Origin: Setoptus koraiensis
Lineage: Eukaryota > Animalia > Arthropoda
Direction of reading: 5' to 3'
NCBI GenBank assembly: GCA_048013815.1
Contig: CM106586.1
Location: 4,154,001 to 4,218,000 of the forward strand
Length of the DNA: 64,000 nucleotides
Part shown: positions 31,575 through 49,041 of the stretch, piece by piece
Layout: the number at the start of each line of letters is the position of its first letter
How positions within the stretch are numbered: position 1 is the first letter of the stretch
Notes under the pieces: model-generated
The model's input: the letters and a program-made list of their open reading frames with translations, nothing else
Database searches by the model: none
Told to the model about the DNA's origin: nothing
Translations under genes and position numbers: made by a program

Positions 31575-33907
31575 AAAGTGGCCCCAACGCCATACACACA
31601 CGAGTGTGTGTGTATGCTTGTGGCCACATGCAGCCTGTGAGCGTTGTTAGTTGCGTAATACGTTACGTGATGCGCCGGTCGGCGGCGCTCAGTTGCATCG
31701 CCGATCAGCTATCAGCGATATTGTGTCGTCGGCAAACAACAATATCCGTTGGCGCTACTGCTTTCCGCCGCTCGCCACTGCAAAGCGCCCAGCCGCCACT
31801 AACAAGCCGGCCACTCGTTTGTGCGGCTCCCATTGCGCGATTACGGGAGCGGCTCTCATTGGGCGATTGTGGAACCGGCTCCCATTGTGCCGCTCCCATA
31901 ATCACAGACGCGACGCATAATCGGGCCAGCGGACAGGTGAGCACAAGCGAGTGGCCAGCGGTGCTCGTTGTGCCGCCGCTCACCTGAGCTCACCTGAGCT
32001 CACCTGTGCGCTGGACAGGCCAACTGACTGGCGAACAGAGCTGTGCCTCAACGGGCAACTTGCGCACTCGGCGTCGCAACTGTCAGCCGGTCAGCCGGTC
32101 AGCTGTTGTCAGCAGTCGTTACGTTGGCGCACGACATGCCAATTGCGTCATGTCTGATGCCAGGCGTGTGCCGCCGCTAATGCGGACACCTGTCGTGCCA
32201 GCGCCAGGCAATCATTTTTGTTCATTGAGGCGCAACCAAATATCCGGCCCCCGCAACTCACATACGCGCTCATAATACTACTACACTCTCATATACTCTT
32301 ATGGCTGGTCGCTCGTGCCGGTCTCGCCAAACGGCCCACTGGCCGTCTCGATGGCGGGCCGGTGTGCAATATGGGGCCGCCACCGCCACTTAGTGTCGCG
32401 GCGGCATCGGGCAGCGGCCGGACGGGGGCTGGACGGCGGCGTTTTTCGCGGCGCCAATTGTGACGCGCCAGCCGAACGGACCGCACCAGCCCAATGGCCG
32501 CACCGGCCGATGCGACCGCGCCGGCCGAACGGACCGTCGCGTTCTCATGCGCCATTATTCAAATAGTCGGCCGTGCAATGCCGGCCGTGAACTTTTGCCA
32601 GGCAAATCGCTGTCTGGCAAAAGTCGCCCGATGAAATGAGACGAGACGCGAACGGTCGCTAGGCGCACACACACAAATACACACAAATACACACAAAAGA
32701 TGCACGTTATGCCTGCATTCGCGGTAGTGACGCAATTGCGTCATTGCAATAAGTCAATAGAGGCAACAAGACAAACTAGATCATTACTAGTGGCTCATCA
32801 AGCACGCACAATTTGTCAGTTTAGTGAAGCGACTCAACAACAAACCATTTAAACTAATGCGCCACAATAGACGCGCTCAACAAAGCCCATTGGCCAAAAA
32901 GGAAACGACAGGCCAGGAAATGACGGGCCAAATGGCACAAATCAAGTTTAATACTTTGATACTTAATCGCTGTCATAATTCAATTGCAAATTCCACCCAA
33001 CAACAAGGAAAATTCGCAACAAAAATCTGTTTGGGCCTCACTGATAATTTGCCGCAATTTGCGCAGCTCAACAATTGTAGACCATTGGGGCCTTCCGAGG
33101 GCCTTGGGGCTCGCTTGTCGCTGGCGAAAATTTGTCTCAACAGTCGCTGAGACCATCCGAATCAGGCCAAATATGAACACTTTTTAGTGGCTAACTGACA
33201 ATTACTAATTGTCAATCAGACACTGAAAAGTGTAATTATTATTTGTTATTATGTGTCATTATTTGTCAGCTCAACGAGTCGACGCTGGACTCCACAAAAC
33301 AGATCACGCTACGTGCGTTGGTCTCGATGTCGGTCTCGATGTCGGTCTCGATGTTGGTCTCGATGTTGGTTTCGACAACCAGTTTAGAGAGTCAGCGGGG
33401 CCCAAATGTTGGCAAGCGAGCTGAGGCGATTCAGGCAGCGTCGTAACAAGTATGATATTTTGTGATGCGGTATCCGTGCTATCACAAGTATCCATGCCAT
33501 CACAAATACCCATGATATCACAAATACCCATGATATCACAGATTATCCATCAGCAGACTTGCCCCCATGATGCCCCAACGATCGCCCGTGCTGCTCGAAT
33601 CGCCAGAAACCGGCTACCATCCATTTCCTGTTGCTCAACAAACCATGATGAACTGTGTGTGCTGACAAGACCAGAATATTGCAAAAACGAAAGATAAAAC
33701 GGCCAAGTGGTCATACGTTTCCGTCTGGCCCATATACACAGCACCAGTCCATTTGTGGCTTGCGCATCCGAGAAGTCCGTTCACAATAGCTAGCTTGGCA
33801 GCGCGTCCGTTCGCTTCACTTCAATCCGAATTCACAATTGTCAGATCCAGATAATCTCTCTCTCATAAATTTGTTTAAATGCATGTCTCCGCTGGACCAT
33901 CGATGAG

Positions 33908-33993
33908 GTTGCGAGACGCAGTTGCGAGATGCAGTTGCGAGACGCAGTTGCGAGACGCAGTTGCGAGACGCAGTTGCGAGACGCAGTTGCGAG
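33908..33993 (+). repeat. 13-bp tandem repeat (GTTGCGAGACGCA), ~6.6 copies
   Basis: Units start every 13 nt from 33908 to 33986, with one C>T variant. Confidence 0.95.
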
Positions 33994-34849
33994 GGACTGT
34001 GAGTCGCAGTCTGTGACCACTCGCCGTTGAGCGAAATTATAAAAATCACATCGATTGAAATTATAAAAATTGCAACGTTGTGAATTGGTCAGAATATCAG
34101 AGTCGCAATATCGGGACAAGTGTCCATGAACGAGTGTGTGTCTAATGGCCTAATAAGTGTGCATAATTAATTGCTGTAATTGATTGCGATCGCGCGCTGT
34201 CCTCAGCACACAGTTTGGCGCGATATTTCATAACTAATGAGTCTTTGGGATAACTGTTTGGGGTAACCCTTTGGGATGGCAACTAGTTTTGTGAGTAGCA
34301 AAAAGGGCGATATTTTAGGGCGACTGTGCTGGCCTCACAAGTCAGTCATATCAAATCAGCTGATTTGTTTTGGCATACCATCGAGTGTACTGGCACTATG
34401 AGATGGTGGGCCCCATGTCATGGTGCACGTATAGAGACAACTGTAGCTCAACTTCACTGGCGGCTCACAACGCACGCAGTCATGTGAGTTAAGCTTGGTC
34501 GAGCGGACCTTGTGAGCAACCATTTATTATTTATACAAACAACAACTTAAACAACAACTACTTAAACAGGTAATTGGTTAGCTGCGTTAGTTGCGTCATA
34601 TCTATTTGTTGGTTGTATGGGTGGTAGCATGGGTGGTATTAGCAGGCAGTTGAGCTGAAAATAGAGCAAATCAGTTGTATGGATCAGTTATTGTTGCTGT
34701 ATTGAGCATGTCGTGCCAAATGGAGTTGTTGTTATTGTTGCTGTTGCTGTTGTCTCACAATGCAACAACTCACTTAAGCGAGCTGCCAAGATGCGAGATG
34801 GGAGCTCTAGACGTTTGCAATGTGTGGCCACGTTTACGTAGCACGTACT

Positions 34850-34852
<3 letters not shown>

Positions 34853-34884
<32 letters not shown>
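34853..34884 (+). repeat. (AC)16 microsatellite
   Basis: Perfect AC run. Confidence 0.9.
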
Positions 34885-34886
<2 letters not shown>

Positions 34887-35258
34887 TAGTAGCAAATATC
34901 CAGCTTACTTACGTAACTGCATCGACATTAGCGAGTGCCAGTTGTAGTTTAAATGAGCACTTAGGCGCCTCAGGTCGTCACATCCAACAAACTGGCAGTG
35001 AGTCCAGCTGACTCACTGCGCCACCAATGACATAATTGAGATCAAGAGGACGCTTATAATTATTTGATGGTTGAGCCATGGGCGACTTTGTTTGCCTCTC
35101 TGTCTATTTGTGCGCCAGTTTGTTTGCCAGTTGAGCAACATCAACACTGTCTCGCCACGCAAGCATCTACTGAAAAAGCAATCTGATTACGTAAGATGCC
35201 GCCGGTGTGTTGGCGAGCCAGTTGGCAAACAAAAATTATTAACTGTCACAATGCAGGC

Positions 35259-35332
35259 GCCCTACCTAGTTGTTAGGTATTTGGGCATACCCAAATACCC
35301 AAGTACCCAAATACCTAACAACTAGGTAGGGC
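35259..35332. repeat. Perfect 27-bp inverted repeat with 20-nt spacer (hairpin)
   Basis: GCCCTACCTAGTTGTTAGGTATTTGGG (35259-35285) is the exact reverse complement of CCCAAATACCTAACAACTAGGTAGGGC (35306-35332). Confidence 0.9.
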
Positions 35333-37882
35333 CACCACAACTGACATACAAATACCACAACTGACATACAAACCCAACGCCTTCTCCGCCGGCAGGTATA
35401 CCTTTTGTGCTGACTGGCATACCTTTCCGGCTGGCTGGCATAAATGAGAGGTAGCACTGGCGGCGGCAACACCAACTAATGGCACACCAACAAACAGTAA
35501 TGTGTGTCACATGAATGCGCCCGCCAATCAGATCGGATGCTGGCGGCCAAATGAAAGCAAATGGAGCACAATTAGCGCCTCTATGTTGTTTATGACGACT
35601 GACTAACTTACAGTTATCCCATCGCAATATATCACCGATATCGCAGCCAGTGTCGCCGATATATCGCCTGTTGTCCGGCGCTTGCAAACGCACCGGCACG
35701 AGCCGCCGGAGACGCCCGCAAGGGGGAGTCCGGCAGTCTGTGTGTTTGTTTGTGTCGCAAAAAACACACATCTTTGTGCGAGACACAGATGGGCACATAG
35801 CGCGATTCGCGACTTGGGGGGCTAATCGTCATTAGTGCTAGCATCGTCGTCACTATTAGTATAACTGCATACGAACAGCGAGCAAACAAACAATGGGCAG
35901 CATTAGAGGCCGGCCGACGGGGGGCGACAAGACGCAATTGTGAGGCGCCACTAAATGCCAAATCCAAACGAGCCAGCCGCCAGGGGAGCGGGGGGGGAGG
36001 TGCTGGCAAGACAATGGAGCAATAGAGAGCGGTGAGTAGGCAACAATTAGCGAGCGGCGACTAGCGCCACGAGATGAGATGGGGCGACGAATGCGAGCCG
36101 AGCCGAGCCGAGCCATTCAAATGATAGCTGGGCCGCTTTTTATCCGAGCGCGCGGCGAGTCGTTGGCACGATTAGAACGAATTGAACTACCCAGTGTGAG
36201 CAGTGTGCCAGTGACATTGTGCCAGCTTGCTAATTTGCAACTTATCTCCGGCGCCGTTAGGTGCGTGGGCCCCAGCCGACTGGCTATTGTGCAATTGGCG
36301 CTAGTTGCAACGGGGGCCCCCGTGCGTCGGGCAAACTCGGGCTTGCAAATGATGGCGAGCCAGCATTCACGGAGGTTTGTTTTGTCTGGCTTTCGGGCTG
36401 GTTATCGGCGTTGCCCGTTGTCGTCGTGTTATGTAAGACGAGCCATCGTCGTCGTCTTGCACAGTTATTGCTGCGCCATAACACCGCGTTGAAGGCGATC
36501 GCACTTATCGCAGGGGGCGCCTATCATCCCGACAGGCCCGACAGTGCAGACAGCGCTCCGGCAATTGCTGTCAAGGCGATATGCCGAGGCGCTGCCAGCG
36601 AGTCATGTGACCATGTGAACATTTGAACAATGGGCCCGCTCGGGTTTCGCCCGGCCACGGGGCCGGCTTGTCGCGGGCCACTGCAGCGGGCTGTCGCAGG
36701 CAGTGACGCGGGCGGGCGTGTCGCGCGCGCGCGCGCGGCATTCTTGACGGTTTGTTTTGCTCGTGCTCGGGGGCCGGGTGTCATATCACTGGAGGTAGGA
36801 GGAGGCTGTGCGCTAATGGGCAATCATGACTCATCGCAGACTAAATCATCTTGACTCGCGGGCCGGATAGCGCCAGGAGGGGCGCCCCGTCTCTGGGCAG
36901 AAAAGGTGTCCCGTTAGAAAGGCGCGCACATATTGTTAATAACAATAATTATTACTCATAATAATAATACTGACAGCGCGCGCGCGGGCGCGGGCAGTTT
37001 CCCTGTCGCCTGTCGTCGGCATTATAATCTACTGATTTGTGGCCCAGATATCGCCCATCGTGAGCGATGTGTGCGTTGCGTAAGCCAGCCTCACGCTCGC
37101 TTGATGATTTCCAAACAAACGGGCCCCGAAGCGGGCCCCATTCGAGCCCATAGCAGCCCGCAGAAGCCCGTAGAAGCGCGCCTCTAGCGATCACCTGAGG
37201 CAGCCGCGTGACGGGGCAGCCATGCGAGCGTGAGCGTGTAGCCAGGAAACGGCGGTGTGTTGCGATAACCTCTAGACGGCGCTGCCTCAATTTATTTTGG
37301 GCCGGCGCCGACAGGCCGGCCGCTGGGCCCATTATCGAGATGTTGATCGTTTATCATTTTATTTCATTTCTATTCATATCACTTTTTAGCTTCTTCACTC
37401 GGGCGCCGCTTCACTCGGGCGCCGCCTCACTTGTGTGCGGCCGGTTTGCTGGCGGCGCACAAGTGAAGCGCTCGGCCCGGTCGGCCGCTGTCAGCGCGCC
37501 CGCCAGGGGAGCCAGCGAGGGAGGGCGCCAGGGAGAGAGAGCACGAGAGCGAGCGAGAGCCGAGACTGGCTGCCACTCACAATGGATTGGATGGGGCGAA
37601 AAAAGAGCGCCACAAAGGGGGCTGCCACTCTGGGGCGCCAGAGTGCGGTCGCTAGAGCAACTGCAACTTCATTCTGCTCTTGACTAATAATAGCGGCAGC
37701 GCCTGACTCGGGCCGGCCCGGCCAGACAAACGAGCGAGCAGAAATTTTAATTTGCGCACACAAACAATGCCAATTATACAACAAGTGTAGCAAGTGGCAA
37801 GTGCATGCAAAGCACCTATTCGAGTGCTCGCCTAGCCGGCTCGAGCTCGAGTGGCGCCCCATTTATTTATAAGCGCAACTGG

Positions 37883-37998
37883 CTCGGGCCCAAGCCGAGA
37901 CGCAGCCGGGCCCCAAACGAAGACACAACCGGGCCCCAAAGCAAGACACAACCGGGCCCCAAAGCAAGACGCGGCCGGGCCCCAAACCGAGACGCAGC
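37883..37998 (+). repeat. 23-bp minisatellite with a GGGCCC core (CCGGGCCCCAAAGCAAGACACAA), ~5 copies
   Basis: Units at 37906, 37929, 37952 and 37975, plus a degenerate first copy. Confidence 0.9.
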
Positions 37999-40900
37999 AG
38001 AGGCACTGGCGCGAGCCAGCGAATAATCGGCGCGGCTGCCGGAGCAAATTGAAATTGGCCTCTTAACGGTCGCTGGCGCAGTTGTCGTCGGCGGCGCTGT
38101 TGTCATCGGTGCCGTTGCCGTTGCTGCGGATGTCGTTGCCGCTGCTGGCGCCCTACTACTGGCCGGCTACAGCGGCCATCCGCAGAATCGTGCCCGGCGA
38201 CACAGTAAATGAGAGCGCCATCGGGCCGGCGGCGGGCAATCGCGCGGTCTCTCTCGCTTTTAGAGGCTCGCCGCCGCTCGGCTGCTCGCTGTATCGCCGG
38301 CATCGATGGCGTGCTCGCGGGCCGCAGCCACCATACATCGGGCGGACAACTGTATCCAGCGGACGGATATATCCAGCGGACGGATATATCCAGCGGATAA
38401 ATATACCCGATATATATAGATATATTGTGGGGGCGAATTGGAGCGCTTTCAACGCTTCTGGCGTGTCCCGTGCACGGGCTCGCGCCGGGCGAGCCCACGC
38501 ACTGCGGCGGGAGCCGGGGCGAAGGCGAAAAAACAAAATAATAACAATGATATCTGTGCATGGTATCTCCGCTATGCCACGGTGTCGCTCCGGCAACTAA
38601 GATGAAGAATAGATAGGCGAGTGGCAGCAGCGCACCAAGGTGCAAAGAGAGCGAGAGATTAATGACTGTCTGGCTGTTTGGCGGGCCCAGTTTGCAGCCA
38701 TGCAAACTGCGCTCGGCTCGCTTTATCTCCCATTGCGAGCTGGTGGCCGCGCTCGTCGGCGGGCCTCGCATGGTGCGGATGTGTGCCCATTATGGGCGCG
38801 CACACGCCCAGCGCGGGCCCCACAAAGGGCGCAGCGGCGTCAAGTGCATAAAGTAGTGTGCTCGCCAAATCGTGCAAACTTCTTTTTGGCCTTTTGCAAC
38901 TGGCTGCTGGCGGCCAACCCGAAACAGTTTCAGCGGCTGGCGGCCGGGGTTTATTTGGTTTGGGGCCCGGCCGCCGGAGCTGCTGTGTGTGGCGCCGGTT
39001 CATCTATGGCCGAGCCGGCGCCGGCCGGGCACGGACAAAAGCAGATACAAGCAGATATAAGCGCCAGATATTGGGCCAATTGTGTGCCGTCGCTGCTCGC
39101 GATACGGCCTGTGCTGCCGGGGCACAGCGGCGGTGCCGCCTCTGCGGGCACCCGCGCCACACTGAGCCGACGTCTGGCTCGTTTGTGCGCCAACTGCCGC
39201 CTGTCGGCTAACCTTGGCTCGGGTGACCTAGCGCCATTACGCGCCAGCCGCACCAACGGCAACGGCAACGGCCAGCGAGCAAATCGGAAGGCGCCAGCGA
39301 AACACAACTAGCGACACCGTAATCGTTACGTAACGTGCTTGCGTGCGCACACGTGAGCTGCAGTCGTTGGCGGCGCCGTTGCCGTTGGGGGCGCTGGTGC
39401 CCGTGCTGGCGCTGCCGGCCGGGCTGCCGGGCCAAATTGAATGGAACACACACTACTAAGCAAATTGCAAATGCGACGCCATTAGTAGCATTTGTTGCCA
39501 TCAAAAACAAACCTCTACCGCCGGCAACGACAACAACAGCTACAGCTACGCCGTCGTTGTTGTTGTAGCTGCTGCAACAACGACGCCAACAACCACGCCA
39601 ACGACAGCAACAACAACGACAGCAACAACGACAGCGGCAACGGCGACGCCGAACGGACGCGCCCGTCTTGTGTTACGTAATACGCGCACGGTCGACATTG
39701 CGCAAGAGTTATGAGCGGCTGGCCGTGATGAATCATGAACTATTACTGTTGTTGTTTGGGGCCGACAGGGGCCCATTTGGTCGCGTCGTTTCGTTTCATC
39801 TCTGCTGCGGCCGCCGCCGCCGCTTGCGCTGGCCAGAGAAGCATGAATGAACTGGCTATTGACGAATGGCCATCGCGGTCTCATAGCGCCCCTCGCACCC
39901 TCCCCCCCCCGCTGCCCCCAGTCGCCAGTTTAAGCCCCGTCGCTGGCGCTAGCAAACCGTGCACCAAAACGCTAATTCCAACGGTTTCTCTCTATGACGC
40001 AACACTACGCGCGATGCATCATTACTCTGGCCCTGTCTTGCATCATGCAAGTTGCATGCAGCTTGTAAGCTGCACAATGTAAGGCCAACAATGTGAGGCT
40101 GCTGCAGCTTGGTGCACGCTGGTGCACTCAGCCACGTTGGTGCACGGTGCACGACGCGGTGCGCGCGTGGCACGTGTTCACGCATGACAGAGTCTTATTG
40201 CTGGCGCTGCGCGGATTTGAGCCGAGGCGGCCGCCGCCAGCGGCACAAACTGGCACAGTTAGCAAACGAGCCAATGGGGTTATAAATTTCGGCTCCCTCT
40301 CTCACTTGCTCGCTGGCTCGCTCGTGTTCGCTCGTGTTCGCCGCTCCTATTACGTAACACACGCGCGCGGTCATTGCGTGACGCAACAAACGCGCGCGAG
40401 CGCGCGCGCATAGCGCTCACCTTCGCCCCTGTGCCGACAGTCTGCCGTCGTGCGCAAACCGGACACTGTTACATGTGCTGTTACGTGGGCCGTCGTATGT
40501 GTGTGTGCCCACACCGTTGTTGTACCTTCCGTGTACGCGTACCCTGGTGCGCGAGGGGCGCTGTGCACTCATCGCGCACAGTCAGCGCGCTCCGGTAGAG
40601 CGCACACGGGCCGACGGGAGCCGGCCCGTCGCTGAGGGGGCACAATTGCGGGCTATCATCGAATTACCATCCGTTTTGGCAAATCTAATAGTCGCGCGCG
40701 TCCCCTCGGCCCGCTCGCGTATTCAAATTCGCATTTCGAATTTTGCAATTCGAACTTGGGTTTGCGAGCTCGCAATTCGAACTCGGAATTGCGAGCCTGG
40801 AATTGAGAACTCGCGAGCACTCAGCCCCGAAGCGCGCATCGAAACGGGCCCAGTTTTTAACCAGCGACTGCTGCGTAAGCAATCGCCTAACAAGAGTTGC

Positions 40901-41742
40901 ACAAACAGTCAACTTTACGTGCCAGCGCCAGCCCCCCCCCCCGCCACCGCCGCCGCCTTCCCCCGGTGTTTGGGTTACGTACGATCATTGACTGGCCATT
41001 GTTCGCAAGTTCGATCCGGGGGAAGTGACGCTCTGGCGGGTCGAGGGCACGAGGGAGGGGGGCGGAGCGCCCAATCTCAAACCGGGCAACTTTTTACGGC
41101 GTGTGTGCGCAAGCGCAAACGGGCCCCTTGTCTTGAATTATTTGTTGGCTAGTGTGAGCCGGGCAATACCCGAATCCGCCTGTGTTCGGTCCCCCTTCGT
41201 GCCCCCCCCGCCGCCGCCGCCGCCGTCGCTCTATGTTGTTGTCTCTCCATATTTTGTCGCGTGCCAATAAAATGTGTGTGCGTGCGAGTGCTCCGTTTCA
41301 ATGTGTGCCCGCTTAATTCGGAGAAGTGCCGCGAGGGCGGCGTTGGCTGGTTTCTCGTGTGGCGCTAGCCGTGCGTTGCATAATACAAGGCTTACGCGCC
41401 AGTGCGCGCTGAAGTGAATCAATCAAAAGAATTGAAACATTTGACCAGACGCTGCGCTGACGCTGCACAAACGCAAGCGCCCCTGACAGATTTTTCCCGA
41501 ACCAACATCCGTAGATGCAGTGGACATAGTTGCGCACGCGCTGCACGTTACAACGTTGTGTAACGTGTTACTTTGGTGCACACACACACACACACACGCA
41601 GGGGGCCGACAGAGAGGAAGCAAAATGACAGGGGCAAAAATAGAAAGGGAGCTCACAGTCAGGAATTGAATAAGAGAGCGAACATCAAGAAAGAAAAATA
41701 TTTATATATATATATATTTATGTATTATGTAATATGTATTGA

Positions 41743-46116
<4,374 letters not shown>

Positions 46117-47446
46117 CGCTCGACCGGCCGGGGCCAGTTCGCCGGCTGAGGGCCCGGTCGGCCGGCTGAGGGGCCGGTCGGCCGGACGAGAGGCCGGTTG
46201 GCCGGATAAATCGAATGCCAGTTGAATTGTGCATTATGCAAGACAACAACAACATGTTACGTCATTATCAATATTGCACAATTGTCACAGGATTGCACAA
46301 AATCACGCTCAAGCTCAGATTGACAATTTCGCACAAGTGGACGCAATTCGGCCAAGACACCTTCAAATGGACACCAACAAACGGACACGACGAGCGGCCG
46401 AGCGCGTGCGAAATTGCGCGCCCGGCCGAGTGGCGTCATCGGCACGTACGAGCCGTCAGGACAAATCTCATTTTGGGGCCTCTGTGAGGCTTGCGTCTCT
46501 AACAAGTAGCTAACAAGTGAGCAGAGGGAATTTGCGGTGCTTGGCTTGGGCAAAATTACAAAATTACGTATTGCGCACATGATAACGGCAATTTTTCGCG
46601 AGCATATCGCCGCTCATTTGGTAGCTGTGAGCTTATTAGTATTTTCCGGCAGCCGAGTGACTCGGTGAGGCATAAATACAATTATTATCTAGTATAATGA
46701 GGGCGATAATAAGTATGACGACGGCGATGAAAAGTGCAAATATATCTAATATATCATGGCCCACTTGTCACACAACGCCTAGATTATTACGCAATACGCA
46801 ATACGCAATACGTATATACGTGAATACGTATTGCGTAATAATAGGCGCACAGTATTGGTGCGCACGGCGGCGAGCGGCACTTTAATCAACGTTATTATTA
46901 CATGTATTATTAGCATTAATATTATTAGTATCACTGTAGGCGAGGCACTGTCCATATGCACTCACTCAGTGGTCATCTCAATCAAATCACATCCACGTTG
47001 CGTAATAATAATGCTGTTGTGCTGCAGTTGCGTATGCGTACGCATAAACAGCTAAACGTGAGCTAACAAAAATTACCGTTACACAGTGATAATTTGATGC
47101 TTGCACCTGCTCATGTTGTTGTTGTTGTTGTTGTTGTTGCCCACTCAGCAAACAACACACACACACAATTTATGTGCCGTCAACGCTGCTCTATCTAATG
47201 ACATAGCCTCAAGTAGCAATAAATATCGAGCATATGTTTGTTGCGTAACTCTCGCTCGTGCGGGCCCCAAACAACGGCACCGGCCACACAGAGACGAGAG
47301 AAAAGAAACAATAAATAATCGCATTATTAATTACAGCGCCATTATCACAACAACATATTGTGGCCACACACCTAAACAACCGATTCACCTGCACCGCTCA
47401 TGGCGCCGGCGAACAACAATTGGTGTTGTTTGCCGGATTACAAGGC

Positions 47447-47541
47447 GCCTCGCGATTGAAGACGCCTCACGATTGAAGACGCCTCACGATTAAAGACGCC
47501 TCACGATTAAAGGGGCCTCACGATTGAAGACGCCTCACGAT
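47447..47541 (+). repeat. 17-bp tandem repeat (GCCTCACGATTGAAGAC), ~5.6 copies, downstream of the ELAV stop
   Basis: Units at 47447, 47464, 47481, 47498, 47515 and 47532. Confidence 0.92.
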
Positions 47542-49041
47542 GGCCTCACCTTGCGCTCATCTAGTCTATGCCATGTCGTCTATTATGGCTGCTGTTTGCT
47601 GGCTCTTGGCGCAATTTGTTTAATGCGCATTCCATTGGTTTGCCTCGTTGATATTATTGCACCTCTATTGCTATTGATAACATTACATAATATTACATTG
47701 CATTAGGAAAGAATTATTACGTAAGCATTATTGCACAAGTTGCTTGCGTCGGGAGAATGATCTAAATCAAATTATTGATTCACATTCTCTCATTACTAAG
47801 GAGTCACCACTAATGACTCGTCACTAATGACTCATTAGCTGGCTGCTCATTTAGCTTGATTAGCGAATGCACTCCGCTCAACGCAGCAATTCCATTTGAT
47901 CAGCAGCACTTTATCAATACAACCACCGATCATCATATTCAATCTTCTTCTCTAGTCACTAGTGTCGCTTTAATCGCAACAGCAACAGCACCAACAACGA
48001 CAACAAACTTTGCTCGAGCCATCCCAAAATAACCAAAGTTTTAGCAATACCTTTTTACAATTCATCCAGTTGCGACCATTAGGATATAATTATCAAATCT
48101 GTTGTTGTTGTTGTTCATTATCATACTACATAGCGGCAAATAGCGCAAATAGTACAAATACTACAAAAGTAGTGCAAATAGTGGCTGTGGATTGCGTAGT
48201 GTGTGCAACATGATACAAACAAAACATCACCATCAATCTAAACTGTCACTCTAATGATCATAGTCAGCGGTTGCGTCGCTATCGTTAGACGGCACAGCTA
48301 CAATCATCAATTACATGCAACATGAATGAGGCAAGTTAATGCAACTTGTTTTATACTCACAATATCTACAATTGTCAGTGTTCAGATATGCAAATGAATG
48401 AGCTTGATTGTTGTCACGATTACGACTACGACAAAAGCAACAGCAACAACAGCAACAGCAACAATTAATAATAAACATACAACTTTTCACCTAAGCAACA
48501 TAATGTTAGACACACACAAACACACACACACACACAACAACAATGTAAATCCACAGAACATATGCATCGATTCATTGTATATACTCGAACCGGAAGCTGG
48601 CCGAGTTGAGGCCACACAGCACACACTATGCCCAATACGACTTTAGCTACCTTGACCTATCTGTGTTAAACATTAATATATATTGTATATATAAATATAT
48701 ATATATGTCTAAATATGTGTGTGCGTATATATTTGTTCGCGCACACGCTATAAAATACCGGCTACATGTCATCATGTTTACCTGTGTATTGTTGTGCTCT
48801 TTCGCCCCATCTTTGCAGTCTTATTGACGCGCCACTTATTGGCTCGATATCGAGTCAATGCTATTGAGCCAAATTACTCACTGACAAAATTTGACTGACT
48901 GACTGACTCGAGTCAGCCGACTGAAATTACTGGCTAAATTACTGGCGACTGACAAAGTAGAGTCTTCGTCGCCGAGACAGGGCGACAGCGAGAAACGAGA
49001 AACAAAAACCCACTTATAGTATTTATATCATAAGCTGCTGT

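Noticed and set aside
34103-34125. Partial miR-92-like string (CACTTGTCCCG on the minus strand)
   Set aside because: The 5' seed TATTGC is not in the right place and there is no supporting hairpin.
16120-34575. Scattered consensus splice donors on the + strand (16120, 22510, 31937, 34570) as alternative ELAV first exons
   Set aside because: Equally good donors occur on the minus strand (e.g. ~27552) and the count is near chance for 28 kb.
37883-37998. CRISPR-like appearance of regularly spaced repeats (also 47447-47541, 33908-33993)
   Set aside because: The units are head-to-tail with no unique spacers, there are no cas genes, and the context is eukaryotic.
40720-40815. Heat-shock-element-like GAA/TTC array
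   Set aside because: The spacing is mostly TTCGAA with no 2-nt gap, so it does not fit the nGAAnnTTCn phase.
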